64,000 bases of DNA from Candidatus Palauibacter sp. (GTDB taxonomy: Bacteria > Gemmatimonadota > Gemmatimonadetes > Palauibacterales > Palauibacteraceae), in the NCBI RefSeq assembly GCF_965261555.1, contig NZ_OZ253465.1, positions 2,547,977 through 2,611,976 of the forward strand, read 5' to 3'. The position numbers and the translations under genes were made by a program. Positions 39,569 to 48,812 of the stretch are shown piece by piece (position 1 is the first letter of the stretch; each line of letters starts with the position of its first letter). Under the pieces are notes generated by a model. It did not search any database. It saw only the letters and a list, made by a program, of their open reading frames with translations, and was not told the DNA's origin.

Positions 39569-41763
39569 CCGCCGCGCTCGCGCGGCTGGCGCTCTGCGCC
39601 ACCCTCGTGCTGGGTGGCATCCTCCTTCCGGCTGCGGCAGAGGCCCGGATACAGGCCCAAACGCAGGGCCAGGCACAGGGTCGGGTCTACGACGTGGCGT
39701 CGGGGGCGGGGATCGCGGACGCCGAGGTGACGTGGCTCCCGGCTCCCGGCGCCTCAGAGTCGGTGGCTGCGGCACAACGCGGGATCTCGGTGCGCACCAA
39801 CGCCGCCGGCGTCCTTGCGCCGGATGAGAATTGGGGGCCCGGCGGAGGCATTGAGGTGTCGGCGCTCGGATATCTCTCCCGAAGGCTGGCCTGGACGGAG
39901 GCCACGGCGGCGGGCTGGCGGATCGGGCTCGAACGGGACCCGCTGGCCCTCGACGAGATCGTGGTTACGGCGAGTTCACTCCCGCGCCTCCGCTCGCAGA
40001 TCGCCGTGCCGATGGAGACGGTGGAGGCCGAGGAGATCGACGCGGCCGGCGTCGCTTCCGCCGACGGGCTGCTTGCGGAGCTTCCCGGCGTCCAGGTGAC
40101 GGCCGCCACCCCAGTCGGCTCGAATCTCATGATCCGGGGCATTGGCGGCGCGCGCGTCCTCGTCCTGCTCGACGGCCAGCCGAGCGCGGGGGCGCTGCTC
40201 GAGAACCGCGACCTGAGCCGCATGTCACTGGCGGGCGTGGAGCGCGTCGAGATCGTGAAGGGCCCCCTTTCGTCCCTCTACGGCTCCGACGCTCTGGGCG
40301 GCGTCGTGAACGTCATCACCCAGCTTCCCGCCTCGGGGTTCCAGGTCGACGCGCGCGCCGTGTCAGGCGGCGCCGGACGTCGCGAGGCGGAGGCGACGGC
40401 AAGCGGCGGAGGCCGTCTCCGGTACCGGATCACGGGCGGCTGGCGCCAGGAAGACCGGATCCCGGGGCTCGCCGACGGGGGGCCGAGCGCGTTCGCCCGC
40501 GTCTGGGACTTCCGGTCCCGCTTTCAGTTCAAGGCGTCGGACGCCTGGGACATCCTCGCCACCGCCACCTACCTCCGCGAGCGGCAGCGCTGGCCGGTGG
40601 GCGGTGCGTTCTCCGGGTTCAACGACAACGCGGGATTCTCGGGATCGGTGGAGGCGCGACGACCGCTCGGTCCCGGAGCGTGGAGCGGAAGTCTCTTCCT
40701 TCAGGAATACGAGCACCTGTTCCGCAGCGCCCGTGGAGATGCTCCCATCGCCGATGGGGGTGCCGACACCCAGTGGGAACGCCTCGCGAAGGGTGCCGCG
40801 GGGTATTCCGCCGTCCTGGGCGGACATTCCGTCGATGTCGGCCTCGAGGTCGCGAGCCGCGCGATCCGGTCGCCCGACAAGCTGATCGAGGAGCGCGCGG
40901 CCGACCGGCAGCTCGCGCTCTTCGCGCAGGACGCGTGGCGCCTCGGGGGGACCGTCGTGAGCGGTGGCGCCCGCCTCACCTGGAACGACCGCTGGGGCTC
41001 CAACCTCTCCCCGACCGTGGGTGTGACTCGTCGCGCCGGGGAGCACGTGCACCTCCGCGCGGCGGTGGCCCGCGGCTTCCGGGCCCCCTCCTTCAAGGAG
41101 CTGGCCTGGAACTTCGTCAACGTGGGGGGCGGCTATGTCCTCCAGGGGTTCCCGGATCTGGACCCGGAGCGTTCGTGGAACGTCTCCGGCGGGGTGGAAT
41201 GGCAACCGGCGTCGACACTTCGGATGGAAGTCGAGGCCTTCTCCAACCGGATTCGGAACCTCATTGAGCCCGGGTTCGTCGGTAATGCCGAGAGCGGTCT
41301 CCTCATCTTCTCCCCCCGGAACGTCGCGGACGCGATCACGCGCGGGTTCGAGTTCAGCCTCCGCGCCGTCCTGGATCGCGCGGAGTTCACCGCAGGCTAC
41401 GCCTACCTCGACGCCTACGCGGTCGACTCCGGGCTTCCGCTGGACCGACGCGCCGCACATTCAGCGCGCGCCCGGGCGGCGTGGACCGCCGAGGCCCTCT
41501 CCGGGCTTCGGCTGGATGCCACGGCACACCTCACTGGCGCCGCGCCGATCATCGGAACCGGCCCCGACGGGAGCGACGCGAGGATCGGCACGCAGGAGCG
41601 GTTCGTGGCCATCGACCTGCAGACCTCCGTCGATCTCGGGCGAAGGCTCAAGCTCGTGGCGGGCGTCGACAACCTGTTCGATGCTCGTCCGGCGGGTTGG
41701 CAGGGGGCGATAGAACGGAAGCTGCGGATGGGGCTGGCCGTCGAGGAGCTGTTTGCACGCTGA
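39565..41763 (+). CDS. TonB-dependent outer-membrane receptor
   Basis: 732 aa: signal peptide, plug (DEIVVTASSLPRLRSQ...IRGIGGARVLVLLDGQP), beta-barrel repeats. Confidence 0.75.
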   Translation: MTAALARLALCATLVLGGILLPAAAEARIQAQTQGQAQGRVYDVASGAGIADAEVTWLPAPGASESVAAAQRGISVRTNAAGVLAPDENWGPGGGIEVSALGYLSRRLAWTEATAAGWRIGLERDPLALDEIVVTASSLPRLRSQIAVPMETVEAEEIDAAGVASADGLLAELPGVQVTAATPVGSNLMIRGIGGARVLVLLDGQPSAGALLENRDLSRMSLAGVERVEIVKGPLSSLYGSDALGGVVNVITQLPASGFQVDARAVSGGAGRREAEATASGGGRLRYRITGGWRQEDRIPGLADGGPSAFARVWDFRSRFQFKASDAWDILATATYLRERQRWPVGGAFSGFNDNAGFSGSVEARRPLGPGAWSGSLFLQEYEHLFRSARGDAPIADGGADTQWERLAKGAAGYSAVLGGHSVDVGLEVASRAIRSPDKLIEERAADRQLALFAQDAWRLGGTVVSGGARLTWNDRWGSNLSPTVGVTRRAGEHVHLRAAVARGFRAPSFKELAWNFVNVGGGYVLQGFPDLDPERSWNVSGGVEWQPASTLRMEVEAFSNRIRNLIEPGFVGNAESGLLIFSPRNVADAITRGFEFSLRAVLDRAEFTAGYAYLDAYAVDSGLPLDRRAAHSARARAAWTAEALSGLRLDATAHLTGAAPIIGTGPDGSDARIGTQERFVAIDLQTSVDLGRRLKLVAGVDNLFDARPAGWQGAIERKLRMGLAVEELFAR

Positions 41764-41782
41764 GTCGACGCGCGCGGCCAGC

Positions 41783-42955
41783 TCAGGCGCAGTAATCGGC
41801 CGCCGCCTCCGCGAGGATCTCGGCCAGCCTCGCGCACGATTCGAGGTCCACCCACTCCACGTCGGCGTGCGCGCCCTCGCCGTGCGGGCCGATCACGACG
41901 CTGTCGACCCCCGCGGCCTGAGTCAGCGCGGAGTCCATCCACGGAGAGTCTCCGATGACCTCCGGTGCGCTGCCCAGAACGCTGCGGGCGGCGCGCGATA
42001 CGCAGGCCGCGACCGGCGCCTCCGGTGTCGTTTCGAAGGGTTCGCGGTGAAAGAAGGTCGACCAGGCGACCTCGAGGGACGGGTCCTCGGCGCGCAGGTC
42101 GTCGATGATGGCCGCGATCTCGGCTTCCACGGACTCCCGCGTCTCGGGCGGCACGGTGCGCCGCTCGACCCGAAGCGTGCAGCGCGGAGAGTAGGTGCTG
42201 ATCCCGCTCCCCCCCTCGAGCAGCGGCGCGTGCATCGAGGGGGGGCCGAGGAGGGGGTGCCCCGGCCGGGACTGGAGTTCTTCGATGAACGCCTCCAATC
42301 GCTGCAGGACGCGTCCCATGCGCACGTTCGCATCGATGCCCTCCCGGAAGCGGCTGCCGTGGGCGGCCCGCCCGTGCGTCGTGATCTCGATCCACGTGAA
42401 TCCGCGGTGGGCCACGCACAGATCCAGCGACGTGGGCTCGGTGACGATCGCGGCGTCGAAAGCGAGTTCACCGCGCGCGCGCCGTTCGAGCAGGTCCGCG
42501 GTGCCCAGGCTCGCGTATTCCTCGTCGGCCACGGCGGCCACAAGGACATCGCCGCCCAGGCGGGTGCCCGATTCGCGGAGGAGTCGGGCGGCCTCGATGC
42601 AGGCGGCCAGCGCCCCCTTCATGTCGTAGGCCCCCCGTCCGTAGAGCCGCCCGTCCCGCATGCTCGGCGAAAACGGCGCCTTCATGCCCTCCACGCCGAC
42701 CGTGTCGTAGTGGGCGTTCAGCATCAGGGCCGGCCCGCCCCCCGCGCCCGCGAGCCGCCCGACGACGCTCGGCCGCCCCGCCTCGGGCTCGTACCGCGTC
42801 ACTTCGAGACCCGCCTCGCGCATGTGCCGCGTCGTGAGGCGCGCGATCTCCGTCTCGCCGGGCGCCCCCTCCACCAGCGTGGGGTTCACGGAGTTCGTAG
42901 CGACGAGATCCGTGAGGACGGTGGTGAGGCGCAGCGGGTCGGCGGAGAACGTCAA
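41783..42955 (-). CDS. M20-family peptidase (ArgE/DapE-like)
   Basis: M20 motifs LNAHYDTV, GRGAYDMKG, ADEEYASLG. The proposed TTG start at 42955 overlaps the stop of the upstream small-protein gene (TTGA); the listed ORF has a long R-rich false extension. Confidence 0.7.
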   Translation of the reverse strand: MTFSADPLRLTTVLTDLVATNSVNPTLVEGAPGETEIARLTTRHMREAGLEVTRYEPEAGRPSVVGRLAGAGGGPALMLNAHYDTVGVEGMKAPFSPSMRDGRLYGRGAYDMKGALAACIEAARLLRESGTRLGGDVLVAAVADEEYASLGTADLLERRARGELAFDAAIVTEPTSLDLCVAHRGFTWIEITTHGRAAHGSRFREGIDANVRMGRVLQRLEAFIEELQSRPGHPLLGPPSMHAPLLEGGSGISTYSPRCTLRVERRTVPPETRESVEAEIAAIIDDLRAEDPSLEVAWSTFFHREPFETTPEAPVAACVSRAARSVLGSAPEVIGDSPWMDSALTQAAGVDSVVIGPHGEGAHADVEWVDLESCARLAEILAEAAADYCA

Positions 42956-43236
42956 GGGCTCGGGAGGCGCTTGATCTCCCTTCGGCCGGCCGCCACGCCG
43001 GTCCCGATCCCGATCCCGAACAGGATGGCCGTGAGGGGAGTAACGAATGGAAGGACCGCAGCCAGCAGTCCGACGCCCCAGCCCGCGACCCCGGCCACGA
43101 GCGGAACCCCGCGCCGGTGAACGCCGTCCACGAAGCGCAGTCGACCGCGCACGAACCTCTTCATCGTCACGTAGCCGCCGACCGAAGCGAAGCCCGCGAT
43201 GGCGAGCCAGAGAAAATTCCCGATGAACTCGAACAT
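42952..43236 (-). CDS. small membrane protein (2 TM)
   Basis: 94 aa; two hydrophobic helices; stop coupled to the downstream M20 start. Confidence 0.5.
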   Translation of the reverse strand: MFEFIGNFLWLAIAGFASVGGYVTMKRFVRGRLRFVDGVHRRGVPLVAGVAGWGVGLLAAVLPFVTPLTAILFGIGIGTGVAAGRREIKRLPSP

Positions 43237-43368
43237 GTCGCACCTCCCGCACAGCCTGTACGCCCTCCATCCCGGGGCGGTTTCAGGGGTCCGGCAGCCG
43301 GTTTGCGACGGGCTGCCGGCCGTGTTGTACTATGTTGCCGAAGTCCGAACCCAGCCACGGAGATCGAG

Positions 43369-43791
43369 ATGAACAGGGACGGAATCCAGGTCCGGTGGGA
43401 CGGCGGACTCAAGTTCAGCGCCGACCGAGCCGACCACGAGACGCGTATCGACGGGGACGAGGGCATCGCCCCCAGCCCGGTCGCCCTTATGGTGGAGTCC
43501 GTCGCCGCCTGCGCCGCGATCGACGTGGTGGTCATCCTGCAGAAGGGGCGCCAGGAACTCACCGGGCTCTCGGTCCGGGCGAGGGCGCGCAGGGCGGACG
43601 CCGCGCCGCGCTACGTGAAGGGTCTCCAGTTCGACTTCCACGTCTCCGGCGACGTGGACGAGGCGAAGGCCCGGCGGGCCGTCATGCTCTCCTTCGAGCG
43701 CTACTGCTCCGTCTACCATTCGCTCCGGAAGGACATGGAACTCGAATGGACGCTGACCCTCAACGGCGAGCCTGCGGGCGGACAGGACTGA
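43369..43791 (+). CDS. OsmC/Ohr-family protein
   Basis: 140 aa (MNRDGIQVRWDGGLKF...SPVALMVESVAACAAIDVVVILQKG...SFERYCSVYHSL). ATG 43369 verified. Confidence 0.75.
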   Translation: MNRDGIQVRWDGGLKFSADRADHETRIDGDEGIAPSPVALMVESVAACAAIDVVVILQKGRQELTGLSVRARARRADAAPRYVKGLQFDFHVSGDVDEAKARRAVMLSFERYCSVYHSLRKDMELEWTLTLNGEPAGGQD

Positions 43792-43804
43792 GCGGCCAGG
43801 GCCG

Positions 43805-44629
43805 TTATTCGAAGGGATCGGGAAGGTCCCCGGCCCAGTCCAGGAAGCCCGCGCCGCTCGGCGTCCACACGACGATCGCGCCGCAGGTCGAGCCCGTGCG
43901 CATAAATTCCATGGGCGTCTCGACTTCACGCTTGTAGACCTCGACCGCGCCCAGATCGTCCCTCGGGAGATCGTCGAACTGCATCCCCGCCTGGTACATC
44001 CCGTCCAGGTAGAGCGCCGGCGGACAGTTGAGCCGCGCGCCCTCGCCGAGGAAGACTGGCGCGATCCCGTATTCGATCCGGCCCACGGAGACGTTCGGCA
44101 GGCCGCGCAGGAGATCGCTGGGGAGGCGCGGGTTGCGGTTGATGATGTCCCGCGGCGTGAAGAAGGTCCCGAATCCCCGTCCCATGCGTTCGAGGAAGCC
44201 TTCCACGTTCCGCTGGCGGCGGGTCTGCCGGATCTCCACGGTGAGATCCGCGATGCGAATGACGGTACTCGAAAGGGTCAGCGTGACGCGCGTCGTCTGG
44301 TCCGGCTCGAGGTCGATGTGCGTATAGCCGGCCTCATAGCCGATGAACCGCACCTCGATCGAGTCCCTGCCGGCCCAGGTCTGCGGGACCCGGAAGTTGC
44401 CTTCGACATCGGTGATCGCCCCGTATCCGGAGCCCATGAGAATCACGCGGGCCCCTTCGATCGGAAGCCCTGTCGAGGCGCTGACCACCTGCCCGATCAG
44501 TTCCGCCGTCTGCCGCTCCGTCTCCTCCTGCGCCGCGGCCGCGCTCGGCGAACCCGCCAGCACGCCTCCGGCGACCAGGGTCAGCGCCGCCAAACGGGCG
44601 CCTCTGCTTCCCGATTCCAACGCACTCAT
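43805..44629 (-). CDS. carboxypeptidase-regulatory-like plus plug-like domain protein (paralog of 32596..33684)
   Basis: Signal peptide, a CarbopepD_reg-like block (IGQVVSASTGLPIEGARVILMGSGYGAITDVEGNFRV) and a plug-like block (TFFTPRDIINRNPRLPSDLLRGLPNV). Confidence 0.55.
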   Translation of the reverse strand: MSALESGSRGARLAALTLVAGGVLAGSPSAAAAQEETERQTAELIGQVVSASTGLPIEGARVILMGSGYGAITDVEGNFRVPQTWAGRDSIEVRFIGYEAGYTHIDLEPDQTTRVTLTLSSTVIRIADLTVEIRQTRRQRNVEGFLERMGRGFGTFFTPRDIINRNPRLPSDLLRGLPNVSVGRIEYGIAPVFLGEGARLNCPPALYLDGMYQAGMQFDDLPRDDLGAVEVYKREVETPMEFMRTGSTCGAIVVWTPSGAGFLDWAGDLPDPFE

Positions 44630-44705
44630 ACCGCCCCCTGCTCGAGTCCGGCCCTCTCCGTGACGCTTTCCATCATCCACCTTCCATCACCGGGAAGATA
44701 AGGTC

Positions 44706-45314
44706 TCATCGCCTCTTCATCGACAGCACCGTCGGATCGCCGCCCGTGCTGCCGTGGATGGTGACGATCAGTTCGGTGCTCGTCGGGCTCTCGTACGTGA
44801 ACCACCACGGAGCGTTCGGCGGCGGTGTCTCCGCCGTGCTCCGGAAGGTGGCCTTCCGGCCGTCGAGGGCCGTGAGACGGTATTCGAGGCGCGCCTCCTC
44901 CCAGGGTTCCCAGCCCCGCCCGACGTGCTTGAACCGGTAGTAGATCTCGCCATCGTCGTCCTGCTCCAGGAGCAGCAGCTCGTACATGACCGCGAGACCG
45001 TCCTGGACGAGGCGGAAGGAGCCGGACATCGAGCGCCCCGCCGGGCCGAACCACCCCTCCTCGATCTGTCCTCCGAAGGCGTCCCCGCCCCAGTGGCCGG
45101 CGATCCATGCCAGCTCCTCGAGATCGACCGCCCGTGTGGGCGCGTCGGGCGCCGGATGGCCCGCCGCATCCGCCTGCTGACCCGTCGCCCCGGTGGCGCC
45201 GATCGCGTGGACGACGACTGCGAGCGCGACGGCGACCGCGGCCGCCGGGCAGCGACAGGCCCACGCCGGGGACGTTTGAGAAACCGCGGACCCCGCCGCA
45301 TCTTCGCACGCCAT
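44706..45314 (-). CDS. hypothetical secreted protein (DUF6265-like)
   Basis: C-terminal 200 aa of ORF 44706..45911; the rest is an R-rich extension. The start is uncertain (ATG 45314 abuts the divergent + gene start). Confidence 0.4.
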   Translation of the reverse strand: MACEDAAGSAVSQTSPAWACRCPAAAVAVALAVVVHAIGATGATGQQADAAGHPAPDAPTRAVDLEELAWIAGHWGGDAFGGQIEEGWFGPAGRSMSGSFRLVQDGLAVMYELLLLEQDDDGEIYYRFKHVGRGWEPWEEARLEYRLTALDGRKATFRSTAETPPPNAPWWFTYESPTSTELIVTIHGSTGGDPTVLSMKRR

Positions 45315-45672
45315 GAAAGGCGTCCTGAGAATCCTCGTCTCGGTCATCGTCTGCCTCCTCGCCGGCCTCGCCGGGCTCGTGCTCGTGTTCAGAGACCTGC
45401 CCGTGGGTCCCGGTCCCGGGCTCATCGCGCTCGGGGGTCTCCTGTACTTCTCCGCGGGCTTTGGCCTCGCGCGGTGGCATCGCGGCGCGCGTCCCCTCCT
45501 CTGGGGGCTGGCGCCGGGCTGGAGTCTGGCCCTGCTGGGCGGCATCGGCCTCTGGGTGACGGTGACGGATCCTCCGTCCGGACACTGGGGCCTGGCGCTT
45601 CTCTTCCTGCTCGGCCCGGCCGTCGCGGGCTCGGCGGGCGCCGTCCTCGCCAGAAGGACGCTGAACGGCTGA
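45313..45672 (+). CDS. small integral membrane protein (4 predicted TM)
   Basis: 119 aa, strongly hydrophobic helices (ILVSVIVCLLAGLAGLVLVF...). Confidence 0.45.
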   Translation: MKGVLRILVSVIVCLLAGLAGLVLVFRDLPVGPGPGLIALGGLLYFSAGFGLARWHRGARPLLWGLAPGWSLALLGGIGLWVTVTDPPSGHWGLALLFLLGPAVAGSAGAVLARRTLNG

Positions 45673-45679
45673 CCCGCGA

Positions 45680-46405
45680 TCACGGCCCTGCCCGCCGCGG
45701 TCCCGCGGGGCGACTGCCACCGCGCGGTCTGGCCACGCCAAGGTAGACGGAACCCAGCGCCCGGGGCACTCCCGGCATCGTGAACCGGTCGAGGTCGACG
45801 ATCCGGAATCCGCCGCCTTCGATCTCGGCGTCGATCTTCCGGTTTATGTTGCAGCCGCAGGCGACGAAGTTCTGGACCGGGTTCAGCGTGTCCTGGAGGC
45901 GCGAAACCCATCCTTTGTCGTTCCGTCCGTGCTCGAGGAAGAGGAGCTCACCGGAGGGTTTCAGCGCCCGTCTCAGTTCGAGGAGGGCGTCCCGGAGCCG
46001 CTCGATCGAACACAGCGTCCAGGTGGTCGTCACCGTGTCGAAGTGCTCATCCGGAAAGGGGAGTCGGTCGGCGGCGTCGTGAATCAGGCGTTCGACGGGG
46101 AAGGGGGCACGGGCGATGCGGGCGCGCACGCGGCGTTCGAGGACGGCCGCGGGGTCGATCCCCGTGACGCGTCGAACCGACATCGGGTAACATTCGAGAT
46201 TGAGGCCGGTGCCGAAGCCGACTTCCAGCACATGCCCCTGTGCGCGGGAGAGAACCCGGCGCCGGTACCTGCGATGCAGTTCGCCCTTGAGCCCGCTCTC
46301 CATGAGACGCGGAAAGATGTGCTCGGAGTACAGCCCCACTCGCTCTCCTCCCCGGTGACGCGGGCCCGGTGACGCGGGCGAAGGTTGAAACGTCTGCTCA
46401 AACAT
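45680..46405 (-). CDS. class I SAM-dependent methyltransferase (Methyltransf_11-like)
   Basis: VLEVGFGTGLNLECY (motif I) and LKPSGELLFLEHG. ATG 46405 verified. Confidence 0.75.
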   Translation of the reverse strand: MFEQTFQPSPASPGPRHRGGERVGLYSEHIFPRLMESGLKGELHRRYRRRVLSRAQGHVLEVGFGTGLNLECYPMSVRRVTGIDPAAVLERRVRARIARAPFPVERLIHDAADRLPFPDEHFDTVTTTWTLCSIERLRDALLELRRALKPSGELLFLEHGRNDKGWVSRLQDTLNPVQNFVACGCNINRKIDAEIEGGGFRIVDLDRFTMPGVPRALGSVYLGVARPRGGSRPAGPRRAGP

Positions 46406-46434
46406 AGACGTAACGGCTCCCGTCGGGATGGGTC

Positions 46435-48771
46435 GTGGCTCTGGACTGGAGAGCGCTCTTGAACCGAATGCCTGCTGCCGGGTGCGCCCTTGCGCTCGCG
46501 GTGTGTCTGGGAGCCGTCGCGGGCGCCGCATTCGACGCGCGCGCCCTCCAGGAGTCGCCCGTCTCCGTCTCGCGGCCGGTTCCGGTCGACGCCTACGCCG
46601 ACGAAGGGATCGCGGGACTGATCGAGCGCGCCCTGGCGCAGCGCAAGGCCCGGGCCGAAGGGCTGACGAGCTTCGAGACGACCTTCCGCGAGCGCATCTA
46701 CGCCGGGCTGGGCGGTGCGGCCCTGCGCCGCGAGCGGGCGGTGTTTCACCAGGAACGCGCCGCGCGACTGCGCTGGGCGGCGGAGGGCGAACACATCATC
46801 CGTTGGCTGGGACTGCGACGCGGCGTGCCGATCGTCGGCCTCGGCGTCGAGTTCGAGGACGACCTGCGCGACGACGATGCGTTCGAACTCGATTTCGACA
46901 TCATCGATCCGGCCAGCGAACACCTGGCCCTGGGCTCGGAGTGGGCCCTCCATCCCCTGGCGGATACCGCAGCCTATCACTACCGCTATCGCTCCGGCGA
47001 CACGCTGCGCATCCGCTTCCCGGGGGACAACCGGGAGGTGACGCTGATCGAGGCGGTCGTCGAGCCGCGGGAGGCCCGCTTCGACCGCATCGCGGGCTCA
47101 CTCTGGTTCGACGCCGACGAGGGCGTCCTCACGCGCGCCGCCTACCGTCCCGCGATCGAATACGACTTCGACCGCGAAGAACCGGAGGATGCGGAGGATG
47201 TTCCCGGGTTCGTGAAGCCGATCCGCGCCAGGGTCGACTTCATCACGATCGACTACGGACTCCAGGAACTGCGCTGGTGGCTGCCGAATCGCATGGCCTT
47301 CGATGCGGTTGCCACGATGGCGGATCTCGCGAGCATGCCCGTGCGCTACGAATGGATCTTCGAGGATTACCTCGTCGACGCCGAGCAGACGCTCGATCCG
47401 GGAGAGGATCTGCCGGAGGGCTGGACGCGCTGGGTCGACGGCGACGAAGACTTCCTCGCGCCCGAAGGGCAAACGCTCGACGTATCCGTGACCGAAGGTC
47501 GGACGCGGCGTCGGGCGGAGCGCGAGCCCGAGCGAACGCGCGACGACCCGTTGACGGCGGAACCGGATTCGCTCCCCGCCAGGGTCCGCCCGATCGTGAC
47601 GATCGTCCCGCCCCTCGATCAGCTCCCCTCGTACCCGGAGCTGCCGGAGCCGCTCTTTTCGGCCACGGTCGACGCCTTCGCGACGGCGGAGCTCGACGAC
47701 CTGAAGGATCGTCTGTCCTCGCTGCACATCCCCGCCGCCATGGGCCTGGGTCCCCGTCTGGACCTTGCGCCGGGTCTGCGCAGACTCCGCTACAATCGGG
47801 TCGAGGGACTGTCGTTCAGCGCCCGGTTCGCCGTGCCGACGGGGGTCACGTCCGAGTTTGCGGTTACGCCGCGAATCGGCATCCCGGAGTGGGAGCCGGG
47901 CGTGGAGGTCGGGTGGCGGCGCCGGACGGCGACGGGCGGTTTCGGGATCACGGCGTACCGGCGCCTCGCGGACCTCGGGGACTGGGGCCGTCCGCTTTCC
48001 TTCGGCAACTCCTTCAACAGCCTGGTCGTGGGGTATGACGAGGGCCTCTACTTCCGGGAGACCGGCTTCGAGATCTCGGCGAGCCGCCAGGGCAGGAGGA
48101 CCCGCGTGGAAGGCGCCCTCTTCGCCGAGCGGCACCAGAACGCACGGAAGCAGAGCGACGCCTCGCTTCCGAACCTCTTCGGCGACGCGGTCTTTCCGGA
48201 CAACATCGTCGCCGCGCGCGGAGATGTCGCCGGCGTCTCGGGCCGCCTGCGCGCGTTTTCCTCCGTGGACCCGGGCGTGCCGATCCTCAGCGGATCCGTT
48301 TGGGGAGAAGTCGCGACGGGCGACTTCGATCTCTACGGGCGTGCCGCCGTCTCCGCGGCGCTGCAACTCCCCGTGAGCGAGTGGTCGCTGGCGCTGGAGG
48401 GCGGGGCCGGAAGAGTGTTCGGGGAGCCGCCTCCACAGCGTCGCTTCCACCTCGGCGGATCGTACACGCTGCGGGCCTTCGATCCCGTGTCGACCGGAGG
48501 CGACAGCTTCTGGTTCGGCCGGTTGGAACTGGGGCGCGGTTTCCGGATCGGCGATCCCACGTACGACGTCGGGGGCAGCCCGATGCGGATCACGGGGTTC
48601 TGGGACACGGGTTGGACGGGACCCGTGGATGCCTTCGGCACGGAGGGCTGGCGGTCGAGCGTGGGCGTCGGCGTCTCGCTCCTGGACGGCCTGTTTCGCA
48701 TCGACATTGCCCGCGGTGTCCGCGGCGGCAGCCTCTGGCGCCTCCACATATACTCCGACGGCCTGATGTAA
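46435..48771 (+). CDS. large hypothetical secreted/outer-membrane protein
   Basis: 778 aa; signal peptide (MPAAGCALALAVCLGAVAGAAF); C-terminal half rich in beta-strand-like G/Y/F alternation. No family recognised. Confidence 0.55.
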   Translation: MALDWRALLNRMPAAGCALALAVCLGAVAGAAFDARALQESPVSVSRPVPVDAYADEGIAGLIERALAQRKARAEGLTSFETTFRERIYAGLGGAALRRERAVFHQERAARLRWAAEGEHIIRWLGLRRGVPIVGLGVEFEDDLRDDDAFELDFDIIDPASEHLALGSEWALHPLADTAAYHYRYRSGDTLRIRFPGDNREVTLIEAVVEPREARFDRIAGSLWFDADEGVLTRAAYRPAIEYDFDREEPEDAEDVPGFVKPIRARVDFITIDYGLQELRWWLPNRMAFDAVATMADLASMPVRYEWIFEDYLVDAEQTLDPGEDLPEGWTRWVDGDEDFLAPEGQTLDVSVTEGRTRRRAEREPERTRDDPLTAEPDSLPARVRPIVTIVPPLDQLPSYPELPEPLFSATVDAFATAELDDLKDRLSSLHIPAAMGLGPRLDLAPGLRRLRYNRVEGLSFSARFAVPTGVTSEFAVTPRIGIPEWEPGVEVGWRRRTATGGFGITAYRRLADLGDWGRPLSFGNSFNSLVVGYDEGLYFRETGFEISASRQGRRTRVEGALFAERHQNARKQSDASLPNLFGDAVFPDNIVAARGDVAGVSGRLRAFSSVDPGVPILSGSVWGEVATGDFDLYGRAAVSAALQLPVSEWSLALEGGAGRVFGEPPPQRRFHLGGSYTLRAFDPVSTGGDSFWFGRLELGRGFRIGDPTYDVGGSPMRITGFWDTGWTGPVDAFGTEGWRSSVGVGVSLLDGLFRIDIARGVRGGSLWRLHIYSDGLM

Positions 48772-48812
48772 CGATGCCGCGGCCCGGGGGTTCTGACGGA
48801 AGATCGGAAGAC

